A stretch of 64,000 bases of DNA from Octopus sinensis (Eukaryota): assembly GCF_006345805.1 (NCBI RefSeq), contig NC_043005.1, forward strand, positions 79,112,001 to 79,176,000, in the 5' to 3' direction. The translations under genes and the position numbers were made by a program. The notes beneath the pieces are model-generated. The model was not told where the DNA came from. It was given only the letters and a program-made list of their open reading frames with translations, and made no database searches. The number at the start of each line of letters is the position of its first letter. Position 1 is the first letter of the stretch. Of the stretch, positions 40,311-53,424 are shown one piece after another.

Positions 40311-40464
40311 CAGGATGCGGCAGCAGCATCGAACTCCCTTGTTGATCAAGTGCCACGTATCAGAGGTGGATTCACAAACTAGTGTGGCTCATTCAGCGGT
40401 GGTGCCCCAGCATGGCCGCGGCCTTCGGGCTAAAACATTTTTAAGGATTTAAGGATTTAAGGAT

Positions 40465-40600
40465 ATACATATATTACATATATACATATATATATATATA
40501 TACATATATACATATATATATACATATATATATATATAACATATATACATATATATATATATATAACATATACATATATACAATATATATATTATAATAT

Positions 40601-40631
<31 letters not shown>

Positions 40632-40727
40632 TACATATATACATATATATATATATATACATATAACATTATATATATATATACATATATACATTATATA
40701 TATATATATATATATAATAGATAGATC

Positions 40728-40761
<34 letters not shown>

Positions 40762-40952
40762 CTACATATATATGTATATATATATTATGTATATATATAT
40801 ATGTATATATATCTATATATATATATAATATATGTATATATATATATATCATGTATATGTATATGTGTAGATGTATATGTGTATATGCATATACATACAT
40901 ATATATATGTAGGTATATATAAATATATTCATATGTATACATAAATTATACG

Positions 40953-40983
<31 letters not shown>

Positions 40984-41200
40984 ACATATGTATATATGCA
41001 TATGCATATTGATGTGTGAATATATACATGTATATATGTATAGATATATACGTATATACATATATGTATGCATACTTATATATATATTTATATACACGTG
41101 CACTTGTATGCATATGCATTTGAATAAATACACCCACACGCATGTATACACGCGTATGTATGTATATGTGTGTGTGAGTGTGTATACGGTTGGGAAATAT
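40465..41200. repeat. Degenerate (TA)n/(TG)n tract
   Basis: Direct reading; it forms the right flank of the LINE. Confidence 0.94.
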
Positions 41201-41606
41201 GCATGTATATGCGCGTACTTTCTCATGAACGTACTCCTACCCAAAATATATGACAAGTGATTGCATGTGAACGCACATAGACACCAGAAAACAGTACTCA
41301 ATACCCGGTGTAATGTGAGACAATTAATCACCAATTATCATGTAAAGAATTCTTCTCTTTCTTCTTCTTCTCCTTCTTCTTCTTCTTCTTCTTCTTTTTC
41401 TCGTCTTCCCCCTCCCCTTCCGCCCCCTGCCCTTCTTCTTGAATATCAACTGTGGCAACAGGAACAACAGCAACAGCAACTTCAACAACATTGATAACAT
41501 CAGAAAACTATAGCAACCACCACCAATACCAACTCCAACACCAACACCACTACTACTACTACTACTACTAGTACTACAACTACTACTCATACTCCTGTTG
41601 CTGCTG

Positions 41607-41643
<37 letters not shown>

Positions 41644-41684
41644 CTACATATTCTTCTTGCAGAATATTTAGTGCTTCATACAAT

Positions 41685-41899
41685 ATATTTGGCGATATTT
41701 CTTGCTATTCTTTACGTTCGGAGTTCAAATGCTGTTCACCGAGACCCACACAGCATTTCATCCCTTTGGGGGTCAATACAATGAGTACTTAATGAACCTT
41801 AACCTCAAGGTAATCTGCAAACTTCCCTACCCTTAATGCAACTGCTCCTGTGCCCAAATTTTAAACACTTGTTACCCTTATAGCAACAACCATAACTAT

Positions 41900-41948
<49 letters not shown>

Positions 41949-42325
41949 TAATATAATAATAATATCATTATTATCATTATTATGATTATAATAATTATTA
42001 TTATTATTAATATTATTATTATTATTATTATTATTACTATTATTATTAGGGCGGTTCGCTGGCAGATTCATTAGCACGCGGGGCTAAACTGCATACTGGC
42101 ATTACGTCCATCATTACGTTCTGAGTTCAAATTAAGTACTAGTCAGGTACTGAGGTCGACGCACTCGACTTCCTCCTCTCTCACCAAAATTAAAAAGCAA
42201 CATTTCAGACCTTGTGCCCATAATAGAATTATCAATAAGGCAGCGAATGGGAAATGCAAGCCAGACAAACTACTTTACGGTATTTTTTCCGTCTTTATGT
42301 TCTGAGTTCAAATACCGTTGATGAT
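41685..42325 (+). mobile_element. Three diverged family-B SINE pieces (about 41685-41875, 42047-42225, 42236-42325) interleaved with (AAT)/(TAT) repeats
   Basis: TACGTTC(G/T)GAGTTCAAAT appears in each piece. Confidence 0.75.
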
Positions 42326-42354
42326 AATTATGATGATGATGATGAAGAAGATCA

Positions 42355-42905
42355 CAACAGCAATAAATGTCCTGATGCAGTAACAGGGAGTGGCTTTCAT
42401 TGCTTCTCATCTTAATTGATTAGAAGTGTTATTATGTAGATTGTTTCGTCTTGAAATAAAAGACGGGCAAAAGCGAATATTCTGTTCAATACCACAGATT
42501 TACTCGTCAGTTGTTTGACCATAACCATTTGAGCATGTCCCTTAATTGCTGACGGAATGTGCACCTCTGATCACGAGCTGAAGTAGTGGGGGATAATCAT
42601 TGCCATATATTCAGAGGAATTCTTTGGACTTTGGATAATTCACCTTTGGTAACAGGGTTGTTTTGTTCAACATCCTTAAAAAACACTTACTCAGAGACCT
42701 TTTCTGAGAGATGGGCTACTCGACCTGAAGAAACTTCAACCTGGGCCTCACCTGCATATTCATGCGCTGTTTATCTTGATATGACATCACTAAGCCACGC
42801 GCATATGGTTGTGATGCATGTGCCTTATGAAACCAGTAGTCATGATGAGCTTACTGGGCTTTTACCCCAGGCTCACTTTGATGGCATGCACTGCTCTCTC
42901 GCTCA
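42355..42905 (+). mobile_element. Unclassified interspersed repeat ending in an (AAT)n tail
   Basis: Non-coding block of moderate GC with a retroposon-like tail. I recall similar sequence as a common Octopus repeat, but there is only one copy here and the recall is unverified. Confidence 0.4.
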
Positions 42906-43077
42906 ATAATAATAATAATATAATAAGAAGAAGAAGAAGAAGAAGAAGAAGAGAAGAAGAGAAGAAGGAGAAGAAAAAAGAAGAACAACAACAAAATAAT
43001 AATAACAATAATAATAATGATAATATTAGTAGTAGTAGTAATAATAATAAAAATAATAATAATAGTAGTAGTAGTAG

Positions 43078-43111
<34 letters not shown>

Positions 43112-43155
43112 TAATAATAATAATATAATAAAAATAATAATAATAATAATAATAA

Positions 43156-43186
<31 letters not shown>

Positions 43187-43493
43187 AAGAAGAAGAAGAA
43201 GAACAAGAACAAGAAGAACAAGAAGAACAAGAAGAAGAAGAACAACAACAATAGTAATAAAACCTTTAGTCAAATGGTAGGCTACGTTTGTTAACCATGA
43301 AATGGATATTACATGGTTAACAACGATTGAACATTTTGAGATCTCTATAATATGTCAAAGACAAGAAATGATAAATGCATATATGTTGTGCATCTTCGTT
43401 CTAGAATTTAAACTTCCTCAGCGGCCTGAATCGATCAACATTTTATTGTATGTCTTACGAAACTTGGGGGACGCACTACATATATATTATATA

Positions 43494-43535
<42 letters not shown>

Positions 43536-43869
43536 TATGAATATAATTATAATTAGTGTTCAGCAAAAGTTTTCCTCACCACATACCGAAATTTAGAAAT
43601 AGCAGTTAAAACTATTATTTTTTCGCGACCACAAGAAAACTCCCAGACAGCGATACTCAACAACCCACGCAGGTAAAGAGAAAAAAATAACGAATCCACC
43701 CGGCTCTGATTAACTGTATACGCGTTTCTGATTTAGAGAGATGTGAAAAATGTAAAAATCATATATCTACTCTCCCATTAATTAATTTTACCCTTTATTA
43801 TATATATATATATATATATGTATATACTTTTAACAAAAATCAGGATGATTGGCGTACAGTTACTCAATA

Positions 43870-44300
43870 AATGAAAAATGCATTTAATACTACAGAACGT
43901 ACACGTAGGACAGACACAGAAGGACCTTAATTCTTCATCAGTAACGGACCAAATTTACTAATACTAAGTTTCAGTTTCATGCCTTTAACGATAAAACTGA
44001 GAACCTCGTATATCGACAGTACCCGCAAGATTTCCTTAGAATTAGGGATCGAGCAAAGAAGACAATACAGGGTGGACGTAGGAAAGTAAACAAATGTAGT
44101 TTGAAAGAATAGACGCAGACAGTAGAAATACAGGCTTGTGGCCAAACACGAGAGTGATGGGTAAAGCCTGGAAGAAATCTTCGATGGATATAAAAATAGG
44201 AATCGTAAGAGAGGAGAAAATGTTGATGGGCAAGCTAAGCGTCCGGTGGTGAAAAGGCAGAGATGAGAAAATTAGTCACGGGTCACGTGTGGGCTGTAGA
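43870..44300 (-). mobile_element. Possible Penelope-like RT-region fragment
   Basis: The minus frame has ...FISIEDFFQALPITLVFGHKP..LSYVH.., which could be a decayed RYVDD. A CTGATGAAG motif lies downstream at about 43932-43947. Confidence 0.35.
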
Positions 44301-45104
44301 TAGAAGGGAAGGAGGCACGTATGTGTTGTGTGTGTAAGTGCTTGCACGTGTGTGTGTGTTTGAGCGTTCGTGTATGTTTGTGTCTTTATGTATGTGTGTG
44401 TTGAAAATGGCGTGCATTCCGAAATTAGCAGCAGTGCTGAAATAAAGCTATTTCAATGCAACACACTGCCCAGATTTTTTTTTCAACGACCTCACTAATA
44501 TTCCGCATTAAAAAAAAAAAAACGAACGAACGAAAGGAAAGAAAGGAGAATTTTGTAAACGAAAACCCTTAATGCAAATAAATGATCTCAGTTGTTCCAC
44601 TTATTTGAATTATTATTGTCGAAACAGTGTAAACTGTTATAATATATCACAACGATATGGAGTGAATTTCAATATGGAGAGATTGTTAACTTTTAGTTTT
44701 CACGAACACCAAGGACTCATATTATTTCAATAAATTTCAGTAACTAAGTTTGAATGTTTCACCTCATAATTATTTTTCCTTAATTATTGGAAAGGCTGTT
44801 TATGAAGCAACATTAATTAGAGACAACTGAATTTGTATTTCACAAAGTTCGACTAAACTAAAATGTTAGCATGTCAGATAAATTCGTATTTTTTTTGTAG
44901 TTTTTTTAAAATTTTTTTACTGTTACTTGCATTAACTCAAGCAATATTTTTTTATGTTAGTTTTCAATTTATTTCTTTTTGTAATTCTATTCTTCCACAA
45001 AATTTGTAAATCGTTTCTAAAATTTGAATAAACTGTACCTCTTATCAGTTACATGAGAATGAAGGGCCATGGAGTAAAAAAGAAAAAAATGAAAACGAAC
45101 GAAT

Positions 45105-45535
45105 TTATCTTACAATCTGCTTTGAGGCATTTCGTCAGTTTTTACGTTCTGAGTTCAAACTCCGCCGAGGTTGACTTCACCTTTCATCCTTTCGAAGTCG
45201 ATAAATTAAGTACCAGTTGCGTACTGGTGTTGATCTAATCGACTGGACCCTCTTCAAAAATTTCGAGCATTGTACCTAGAGTAGAAAAGAGTTTAGCTGA
45301 TAAACTCAGTAGCTATGAATATTCTCAGGAAAATTCTCAGGAAATTCTCAGGATATTTTGGTACAGAGACAGCAGTTTCGGGGTAAGTGGTGAATCGATT
45401 ATATCGACCTCATTGTTTAACCACACCGAAAGTATAAAACCATAAAGTCAGCCGAATATGAACTCAGGGAATATAGACAGAGGAAACGCCGGTAAGCATT
45501 TTACTCGCTCGGTAACGATTCTGCTAGTAAACCGC
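45105..45535. mobile_element. Two family-B SINEs in tail-to-tail orientation (45105-45295 +, 45370-45535 -)
   Basis: TACGTTCTGAGTTCAAACTCCGCCGAGG on the plus strand; GAATCGATTATATCGACC..GAACTCAG..CGATTCTGCTAG on the minus strand. Confidence 0.75.
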
Positions 45536-45835
45536 CATAAACATTCGCACTTTATTACACAGATATTGTGTATTGCAGATTCGACAGAGAAATATGAGAG
45601 TGCAAAATATCTTGTATAATATTTACAACAGCTTTGCAGCGTAAATACTATTCTTTCAAGTTTATGATATTTGAAGATTTTCGGAGGGATTTTTTTGTCA
45701 CATGCGTGTTGAATGAGTAAACTTACACACATACATACATACATACATACATACATACATACATACATACATACATACATACATACATTCATGCATACAT
45801 GCATACATACATACATACATATATACATACATACA

Positions 45836-45866
<31 letters not shown>

Positions 45867-45884
45867 GTACATACGTATGTGTGT

Positions 45885-46040
45885 GTGTGGTAAGAAGCTT
45901 GTTTCCCAACCATATAGTTCTGGGTTCAGTCCCACTGCATGGCAACTTCAGCAAGTGACTTCAACTATAGTACTATAGCCTCGGGTCGGCCAAAGCCTTG
46001 TGAGTGGATTTGGAAGACGGACACAGAAAGAAGTTGGTCG
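45885..46040 (+). mobile_element. Family-A SINE head
   Basis: GTGTGGTAAGAAGCTTGTTTCCCAACC..GGGTTCAGTCCCACTGCATGGC..GGCCAAAGCCTTGTGAGTGGATTTGG. Confidence 0.85.
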
Positions 46041-46160
46041 TATATATATGTGTGTGTGTGTGCGTGTGTGTGTGTGTGCGTGTGCGTGTGCGTGTATGTG
46101 TGTGTGAGCGTGTGTGTGCATGAGCGTGTGTATGTGTACGTGAATATATGTATATATATA

Positions 46161-46221
<61 letters not shown>

Positions 46222-47187
46222 AAAATATGCTACAAAAAGAAAATTTAAAATACACGTGGATGTGTAAGGGGAAAATAAGAAAAATCAAATGCACATTGTA
46301 AATTTAAAAAAAAGGCATTTATTGAAAGGTAACGACAGATATATACATTTAGATGGACTGAGGTAGTAATAAAAGTCATTATTATGACATGATTAAAAAG
46401 TCAGAAAGCAGAGCATACCATGGTTTCGTCATATATATATATATATATATATATATCTGTGTGTCTGTGCGCACGGAATTCTCAGAGAATTGTGATTGAG
46501 ATAGCTACGAAATCAGACCACTGAAGGCCAGTGTGGCAAAGTCTATTGTAGCGTATTGTATGAAACTGCGTTTTATTTGGGAAATCATTCCTTTGTAATT
46601 TGTTATGACAACAAATTTCTGTTTTTTTAAATTTTTACTTTAATTGATGCTGTGTTCAAAATAATTCCGAAACAAATTTCAGACCCCAAAAAATTACTCC
46701 ATAAAATTTTGGACATACAACTGATACACCGAAACGGACACGTTTCAGGAAACAGTTGCTTACCCGAGTGCGCAAAATGCCCTAAACACAACTTAAGAGT
46801 CTACTCAAGCGATGGATGCTATAACACTAGAGTTAGCCTGAGCCAACATTAGTCCAAGTGTGTTGTAATGGACACAGGTGGTTTGTGTATCATATTACTA
46901 GCTAGAGGCGATGGCCTCTTGGAGCTAATCAACGGCAGCATTTGTCTTATTCATCTGGACTGCCATGTTAGCCTGGCGACAACTATTAATAACCAGTACT
47001 GCTGTCGGAGTCTTCTATAGAGAGATTTAGAAATAATAATATTTCTATTTTTGAAAACCTGTGGATGTGTTCCGCTGAATATGCATAAACCTTCGAACAG
47101 GCAGTCAACTGCGACGCCAGCTGCGCTCGGCTACTTCACATTGAGGACGGGCAAATACTCCGAAACTAATCTTTGGGTGCTTATATA

Positions 47188-47239
<52 letters not shown>

Positions 47240-47589
47240 CATACGCAAGCATATATATTTGCATGCATGTATATTTTGTGGGTATCTTTTTTTGTGGTTG
47301 ACCACTAACCTGTTTGCCAAACGCTGAGGATTTGTTTACGTCCTCATAAATATATATTCAGCGTATACACACCTACGTATCTATCTATCTGTGTGTATAT
47401 GTATTAACGTATATCTCTCTCTATCTCTATCAACCTAACTCTGTCTCTCTCTCATTCTCTCTCCCTCTTTATATACATATATACATACATACATATATAT
47501 ATATGTGTGTGTGCATCAATTTTTTTATTCATTCGCAAACACTCATGCACACATGCATATCTACGAATTCATGTACGCATATGTGCGTG

Positions 47590-47845
47590 TGTGTGTGTGT
47601 TTATATAGGTGTGCTTGTTTGTTGTGTTTGCGTTTGACGCCCCTGTCACACCTTGAATATCGGTGTTGGCTTGTTTACTTTCCCATAAGTACATATGCTA
47701 CTGTTTCGGTAAAAAGGAACGAATAGAATACGTAATAGGACATGAGAATGATTAGTAGATATATTCGTTCAACTAAATTCTTCAAGATCGTGCCTCTGTA
47801 TGGCCGCAGTCCAATAACTAAAACAAGTAAAGAGTTAAAAGGGAT
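47590..47845 (+). mobile_element. Family-A SINE 3' half
   Basis: GTATGGCCGCAGTCCAATAACTAAAACAAGTAAAG tail motif. Confidence 0.7.
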
Positions 47846-50173
47846 GTTTGCTTATATTTTGTTATTTTTTCTGTTTTTACTTCCACGGCCCTTCTAGCTT
47901 TTGCTAACTTCTGTACCTACCTTCTGTACCTCACCCTACTACCCTGCTTCTGCCTCCGAATATCTTTCAGTATTGTTACACGCCGGGGGGTTGAACGGAC
48001 AAGCTACATTTGTTTCGGTGTTCATTCATGCAAAAAATTTTAAAAAGTGTGAAATGTTAGCCGAAAACACTATAGTTCGCTTTTGTGACGAGGTGTCACT
48101 GGAAATTTAAAGGCACAATATCGCATTGATGAAAAATTTGCACGATAGCGCAATGCCTCTCTCAAGGTTAATCCACCGAAAAGAATCTGTTAAAGGAAAT
48201 TTCCAACCAGGCGAAAATTTGGATAAAAGCTTGTGAGCACCAGTAAAAATTTCGTTGATATTATCATCCGGTAAAATATTGTACGGCTTTTTGTCGGTTG
48301 TATTATTCCCCTTGAAGAACAAAGAGAGGGTCAGCAGGTGGGTATGTTTTCCTTGTCCACTATCAGCTTTGACAGGCGCATGCTTAGCTGACAGCTTTTA
48401 CACACGCGCGTAAGCAAACACATACAGACACATACACGGCCGCAAGTACATAAACATCGACACATACACACACGCACGCTCACAATATCCAACCAACCGG
48501 CCAACCAACCAACCAACCGACCACCAACACACCAAATGTTTACAGTTGTTTGCTTTCGTTCATTAACTTTATTGAAGAGTACTTTCGACATTGACACGTT
48601 TGGATAGAATAAGAGATTAGACTTGTTTCGTTTAGAGAAAAGAGAGTGCTGTTAGCAAATGCATCCGCCAAAGTGAGAACAACGAATTTGAATGAAATAA
48701 ATTGTATTAGAGAATAAAATAGCAAGTGAAACGAAAGCAAGTAAAATATTTGGCAACATTAATTCATACACGAAAGAAGCATATGAAACTAGAAAACGGA
48801 TGAAAAAGACAGAATAAAGCAGACGATGTTAAATCCGAGGAAGAATAGAATAAACTGAAAGAATTATAAGGAAGTGTTAGCGGGAATATGAGAAACAACA
48901 TAGAATTTGTATAGTTTCTTGGGTTCATTAACATGAGAGAATCTAACTTTTGTCGAGCAAATGCGATTTTATATGTTACTCAAATGGAAAAATATTTTCC
49001 ATATAAACCAAAAGTGTCTGAACGAGTATGCCACTTTTATCAATTTGATAATGGCTTTTTCTCGGGACAATAGCAAGCTGTCAATTAGTTTGTGTTTGTC
49101 AATGACCCTTTTTTCTCTTTCTTTTATTTCACTTATTTTCTTTCAAACGTCTGCAACTCCAAAATGGTTTCTACCTTCCAATATAATTTAATCTCTATGT
49201 ATTTTTTTTTTTACTTTCTCTTTCCAAAAAAAAATATTATTTTTTTCAACATTTGAAAGGTTTTTCAATATTTCATATTGATAAAAAATGCAAGAATGTC
49301 AGAAGGTAAAACTTGAAATATCAATACTGAATAAGCATTTATTCTGTAGACAATAAATAAATAAATTAGAACCTATAGTACAGGAAGCTTTGATAAATGA
49401 ATAGTTTAGGCATTTCTGAGTGAATGATATGACATGTGCTGTAAGCCATATCTGATGGATAGCGAATCTTTTAGAGATAATTGGCAAAATCCGACGAAAT
49501 CTGTACGAAAAATGATAAAAACAAAATGGCGAGGAAAATGAACAGCAGCAACTGCTGACATCTAGCGTTGATTGAATGTTAGAAGGGATTATATCTTTTA
49601 TTTTTTGTTAGAATCGAACTATTGTATTTAAAATGTTGAATCAACTTTCTTTTCTCTCCTCCAATCTCCTTTCCTCCTTCTCTCTCTCTCTTAATATTTC
49701 ATTTGATTTTTCAATATCTTTAATTTGATTGTACGCTGAAGAGGAATTGTAAATGCAGGACATTGATGAAAAATAATTTGTTATGATTTCTAACTGACAG
49801 AATCTTTTACATTAAGTTGGCTATAACAATGAGCTTATGCGTCTTTGTTCTTCTTATCAAAATTAGACATGGCCCCTACATGTTTGATTGACGTTTAATC
49901 TCATTTACTTTAACATGCACAACCAGCAATGTGTTTCACTTCAGTGTACACGACCATATTGTTTGACAGGTCAGAACAGCTTAGAAATGTGACTCTTGTA
50001 ATTTTGTTAAAATCTGGAGGATGGTGAGAATAAACACATAAACTCATGTAAGCTACCAAATGTGAAAACGACACCGAAGTGTGAATTGTCTTGTAAAAAG
50101 ATAGATAGAACATTGAAACATAAACAAATCAATGAAAGAAATACAAGAATATATATATATATATAATATATAT

Positions 50174-50215
<42 letters not shown>

Positions 50216-50619
50216 TATATATGCGACTCTACTCTATACTTTTTCTCCCCATCTTTCTCGAATTCCCTTTTTCTCCCCTTCACTGTTTTCTATGTCTCTC
50301 TCTCTCCCACTTTCTCTTCTTCTCTCCCTCGTTGCTCACGTGTGACCATCGTCAACATTTCTTTTCCTTCAGGACGTCCTAAGGAATGGACGTCCTAAGA
50401 ATGGACGTCCTAAGGACTGGACGTCTTCTATCTCTTTCTTCTATCTTTTCTCTTCTCAAAGAAAATATTTCTGTAGCGTCTGCTATTTTACCCTCGTTCT
50501 GGTGTAACGACCCTCCATGCTTGTTTTCATTCGGTTTGCCTGTCTGACTCCACTTTCTTGTTTTTATTCCCAACTCTGACCCTCCATAAATCCAAAATTT
50601 TATTTTGGTATTTATGGGA

Positions 50620-50749
50620 GCAACTGTCTTCGAAGACTCATTCTCATTCATTGCTCGAAATGAAGAGCGGATAGACAGCCAACAAGTGATGAAGGGTCGT
50701 TCTGTGTGTTACTTGTCCATTTTTTCATTTTTCTCTCGTTTACGTATTT
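50620..50749 (+). mobile_element. Penelope-like terminal segment interrupted by LINE copy 2 (resumes at about 52716-52775)
   Basis: CTCGAAAT..ACAGCCAACAAGTGATGAAGGGTCGTTCT is homologous to the reverse complement of 53540-53600. Confidence 0.55.
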
Positions 50750-52715
50750 AGTTAGTTAGTTAGGTAAATTTTGGCTCAAAAAGCAAGGCCATGTAGGGGG
50801 ACACGGAGTTATGTTACAGGGTGGTGTTCATGTAAAGAGTTCAGGCCACTTGTGGTCAAGGGAGACTTTGAACCGAGTGGTCGTCCGGCATCTTCACCAT
50901 CTCGTCCGGCAGCTTATTCCACGGATCCGCAACCCGGACGGAGAAAGCCCCTCTCCTTCGATTGAGATGAAATCGTCGCAGATAGAGCTTTTCGGAGTGA
51001 CCCAGCAGCCGACGCTCTGGAGCAGGAGTGAAGAACAGCTCTTTCGAGAGGTTACACATTCCGCTTATGATGTTGTGAGCAAGAATGAGATCACCACGGC
51101 GTCGTCGTTTTTCTACAGAATAACGGTCGAGCGTCTTCAGCCTTTCTTCCTAAGACAAATTCTTGAGACCAAGAACCATGCGGGTAACCAGCTTCTGGAC
51201 TCTTTCGAGACGCTGTATGTCTTTGAGAAGATAAGGAGAAGAGGCTTGAATCCTGTACTCCAATATGGGTCTCATCAGCGTGACATAGAGTCGTAGGAAT
51301 ATGGCTGCTGCGAGCATTCCGAATGACCGTCGAATCACGAACAGAACTCCACGTGCTTTGTTGGCAGCATGGACGTACTGGGCCGAAGGCGAAAAGAAGG
51401 ACTCCACCAAGATACCCAGGTCCTTTACCTGGTCGGTCCTCTCCAGCAGCTGACGACCCGGCTCGAAATCAAGTTGAGTTGCAGGAGGAGAGCCAACAGG
51501 CAGATGACAGCACTTTGACACGTTCAGACACAGGTCTCATTCGTTAGACCATCTCCAAATTTGGTGGAGGCATCGAAGAAGATCCTCTGTATCACCGCGA
51601 GGAGCGACCAGTTTGACATCGACGGCAAATAGAAGGGTGTGCTGCGTGAGGTCGTCGGGCAAGTCATTTATGAAGACTAAGAACAATAAGGGCCCAAGCA
51701 CTGAACCTTGAGGCACGCCACTGCTCGCACTGGAGACGTCGGGCAACGAACCATTAACTTGGACTTGGAAGGAGCGATCATAGAGGAAGGCACCAACCCA
51801 TCGTACAATATCTGGATGGAAACTATATGCTTGAAGCTTGACAAGTAATAGGCGGTGGTTTACCGAGTCAAAACCTTTGGAAAAGTCCAATAAAACGATG
51901 TCAACAGCATCACCATCATCGATGATGCGCGTCACCAATTCTTCCATTACCAGTAAGTTGGTCAAGCATGATCCCTTCGGCACAAAGCCGTGTTGGGAAT
52001 CAGAGATAGAGGCTGTGTTTTGGAGGTGGAGCATCATACTTTTCTTAAGGATGGTTTCGAACATCTTGCTGATTATTGAAGTAAGGGAAACCGGTCGGTA
52101 GTTAAGCGGGTCTTCGCGGCTCCCTCTCTTGAAAATTGGGCAGATTATCACTGTTCTCCAGTCCGCAGGTATAACACTCCTCGCCAATGACATATTGAAT
52201 AGACGTGTTAAAGGCTCGCAGATGACCGGAGCCAACGCTTTGATAACCCGTGGGTGTATGCCGTCAGGGCCGTGACCCTTGTTGACATCGAGGCCTTGAA
52301 TAACGCGTGCGACTTCGTCCCGCGTGATGACCAATCGAAGCATTGGAGGTACCGATCTATCAAATGCAAGGGGTTTACGACCATCATCTTGTTTGAAAAT
52401 AGTTGAAAAAGCCTCGGCAAATAATTGACTCTGTTGATAAGGGTCCTCAATCGATACGCCTGTTGAGTCTACCAACGTTGCAATTTGGTTGTTCAAGCGG
52501 GAATTCCGTTGGACATGGGCAAAGAAGGTTATGGATTGCGACTGGCGTTTGCCGCGATTCTGTATTCATATCTGAAGCGTTCTTCCTTTTCAATTTTCAC
52601 AGCTCGGTCTCGTTGAGTTTTGTACGCCTCAAAAGCTGCAGTCGAATCTAGATTTTTGAATTCAGCCCAAGCAATATCTCTGAGTCGAAGTTCTCGTATT
52701 TAACTCATTTGCTTT
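50750..52715 (-). mobile_element. 5'-truncated CR1-like LINE, copy 2 (about 2 kb; whole RT domain), disrupted
   Basis: ORF 51537..52496 has NYRPVSLTS, QHGFVP, LDFSKGFDSV, SGVPQGSVLGP and FAVD (catalytic Asp lost). It has a (TAAC)n tail and a candidate 7-bp TSD CGTATTT at 50743-50749 and 52716-52722. Confidence 0.93.
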
Positions 52716-53035
52716 CGTATTTCCTGTCGTTTGCTGTTGGTGACGTCCTATGCCCATGCATAAAAAGGAAAAGCAAAGCACACTTACAATATGAAATATT
52801 CTATAGAGATCAACGGGGTTGAAGATTCGTAATAAACTCTTTATGGAATAAACAAATGTCGTTTTATATTCGATGCTAATTTCTTACACTAGTTGTTTTC
52901 GATGCTTTAACCATAGCAATTTTCTGTTTTTATAATATCCCGCACTTGTTATCCTTTTCTACTCTAGGGACAAGGCTAAAAATGTTGGGCCTTGTATCTA
53001 TATATCCATCCATCTACATACGCACGCACACACAC

Positions 53036-53076
<41 letters not shown>

Positions 53077-53153
53077 CATATAAATAATATATATGAATAT
53101 ATATATAAATATACGTATATGTACATATTTTCATATATATGTATATATATATA

Positions 53154-53231
<78 letters not shown>

Positions 53232-53380
53232 ATACATATATATGAAAATATATATAAATTAATATGTTCAATAAGAAATAATTATTTTCGAAATTTTTTC
53301 TCTTATGAGGTTTTCACGCTATCTACCTGACAATTTCTTGTTAAGTTTTCCTTATTAAGTAGTTGTCCTTAATTGCTAAA

Positions 53381-53419
<39 letters not shown>

Positions 53420-53424
<5 letters not shown>

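Larger units (their letters stand above)
36146..40464 (+). mobile_element. Near-full-length CR1/L2-group LINE (CT-rich 5' region, ORF1, APE+RT ORF2, (TAAGGATT)n tail), disrupted
   Basis: APE motifs are LNVGGL, LTETHL, GGVAMYIR, YRPP, GDFNLP, LDLCF and SDHNII. RT motifs are NYRPISLTSHISK, QHGFRPGR, YLDFAKAFDKVDH, GVPQGTVLGP and YADD (about 39477-39488). The C-terminus has LERRRERY. The tail is TAAGGATTTAAGGATTTAAGGAT. Confidence 0.95.

Noticed and set aside
49521-49535. YY1-like AAAATGGCG motifs (also near 1210, 32495 and 44403)
   Set aside because: They are short motifs with no supporting promoter or transcript context.
50364-50430. Short tandem GGACGTCCTAAG(G)AAT x4; also the 32-bp duplication at 22168-22230 and ATTCTCAGGA x3 at about 45320-45355
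   Set aside because: These are local slippage duplications without spacers. They are not CRISPR-like and give no evidence of function.
50811-51296. 161-aa plus-strand ORF with a similar counterpart at 12024-12335
   Set aside because: It is antisense to the LINE RT C-terminus. The similarity just reflects two copies of the same element.
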